IMG/VR virus record: IMGVR_UViG_3300025438_000009
Location: 23,167-87,166 of that record
Direction: 5' to 3' (one strand)
DNA length: 64,000 nt
Source: a virus
Part shown: one piece after another, positions 63,877-64,000 of the stretch
How positions within the stretch are numbered: position 1 is the first letter of the stretch
How the letters are laid out: each line of letters begins with the position of its first letter
The notes under the pieces: model-generated
Told to the model about the DNA's origin: nothing
The model's database searches: none
Seen by the model: only the letters and a program-made list of their open reading frames with translations
Translations under genes and position numbers: made by a program

Positions 63877-64000
63877 CTGCCATAAATTTTCCTAACAGTC
63901 CGTCGAACGGTGACCGTTTTGATGTGTGGAAATGGGTTTCTGCAAGGTCTGTGTGGGATTGGAATGTTGTTCCAGGGCCTTACGATGTTCAGTATCTTGT
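63873..64000 (+). CDS. Partial tail fiber-like protein, truncated by the window end
   Basis: GTGA overlap; MTAINFPNSPSNGDRF start. Confidence 0.6.
   Translation, partial: MTAINFPNSPSNGDRFDVWKWVSARSVWDWNVVPGPYDVQYL

Noticed and set aside
55938-64000. Diversity-generating retroelement or invertible tail-fiber switch
   Set aside because: No reverse transcriptase, invertase or adenine-specific template/variable repeat pair is visible; the repeats are diverged protein domains.

Overview
A 64-kb piece of a large tailed dsDNA phage, inferred to infect Actinobacteria because its portal, protease and hexamer/pentamer capsid genes resemble those of cluster-B-like actinophages. Bases 1-14.3 kb are an accessory/early region of short promoter-leader-gene-terminator cassettes. 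It holds a MoxR AAA+/VWA pair, a histone-deacetylase-family enzyme, a peptidoglycan-binding protein and many small peptides. Next come two double-HTH paralogs around the terminase and the portal. The head module has a 2852-aa multi-effector protein (zeta-like kinase, three GNAT-like domains, VIP2-like ADP-ribosyltransferase) and a 1984-aa capsid-protease polyprotein carrying Dps and ParB-like modules. Capsid and tail genes follow. Most notable: (1) early promoters matching the actinobacterial PafBC/RecA-NDp DNA-damage motif TGTCAG-N10-TANNNT; (2) ten copies of an asymmetric 18-bp site AACGTAAAGAAWGTGTAC; (3) two full-length tandem tape-measure paralogs of 1275 and 1277 aa; (4) a recurrent short motif at module boundaries of the protease polyprotein; (5) a nested out-of-frame ORF inside the giant effector gene. 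All calls come from reading motifs by eye; no searches were run.
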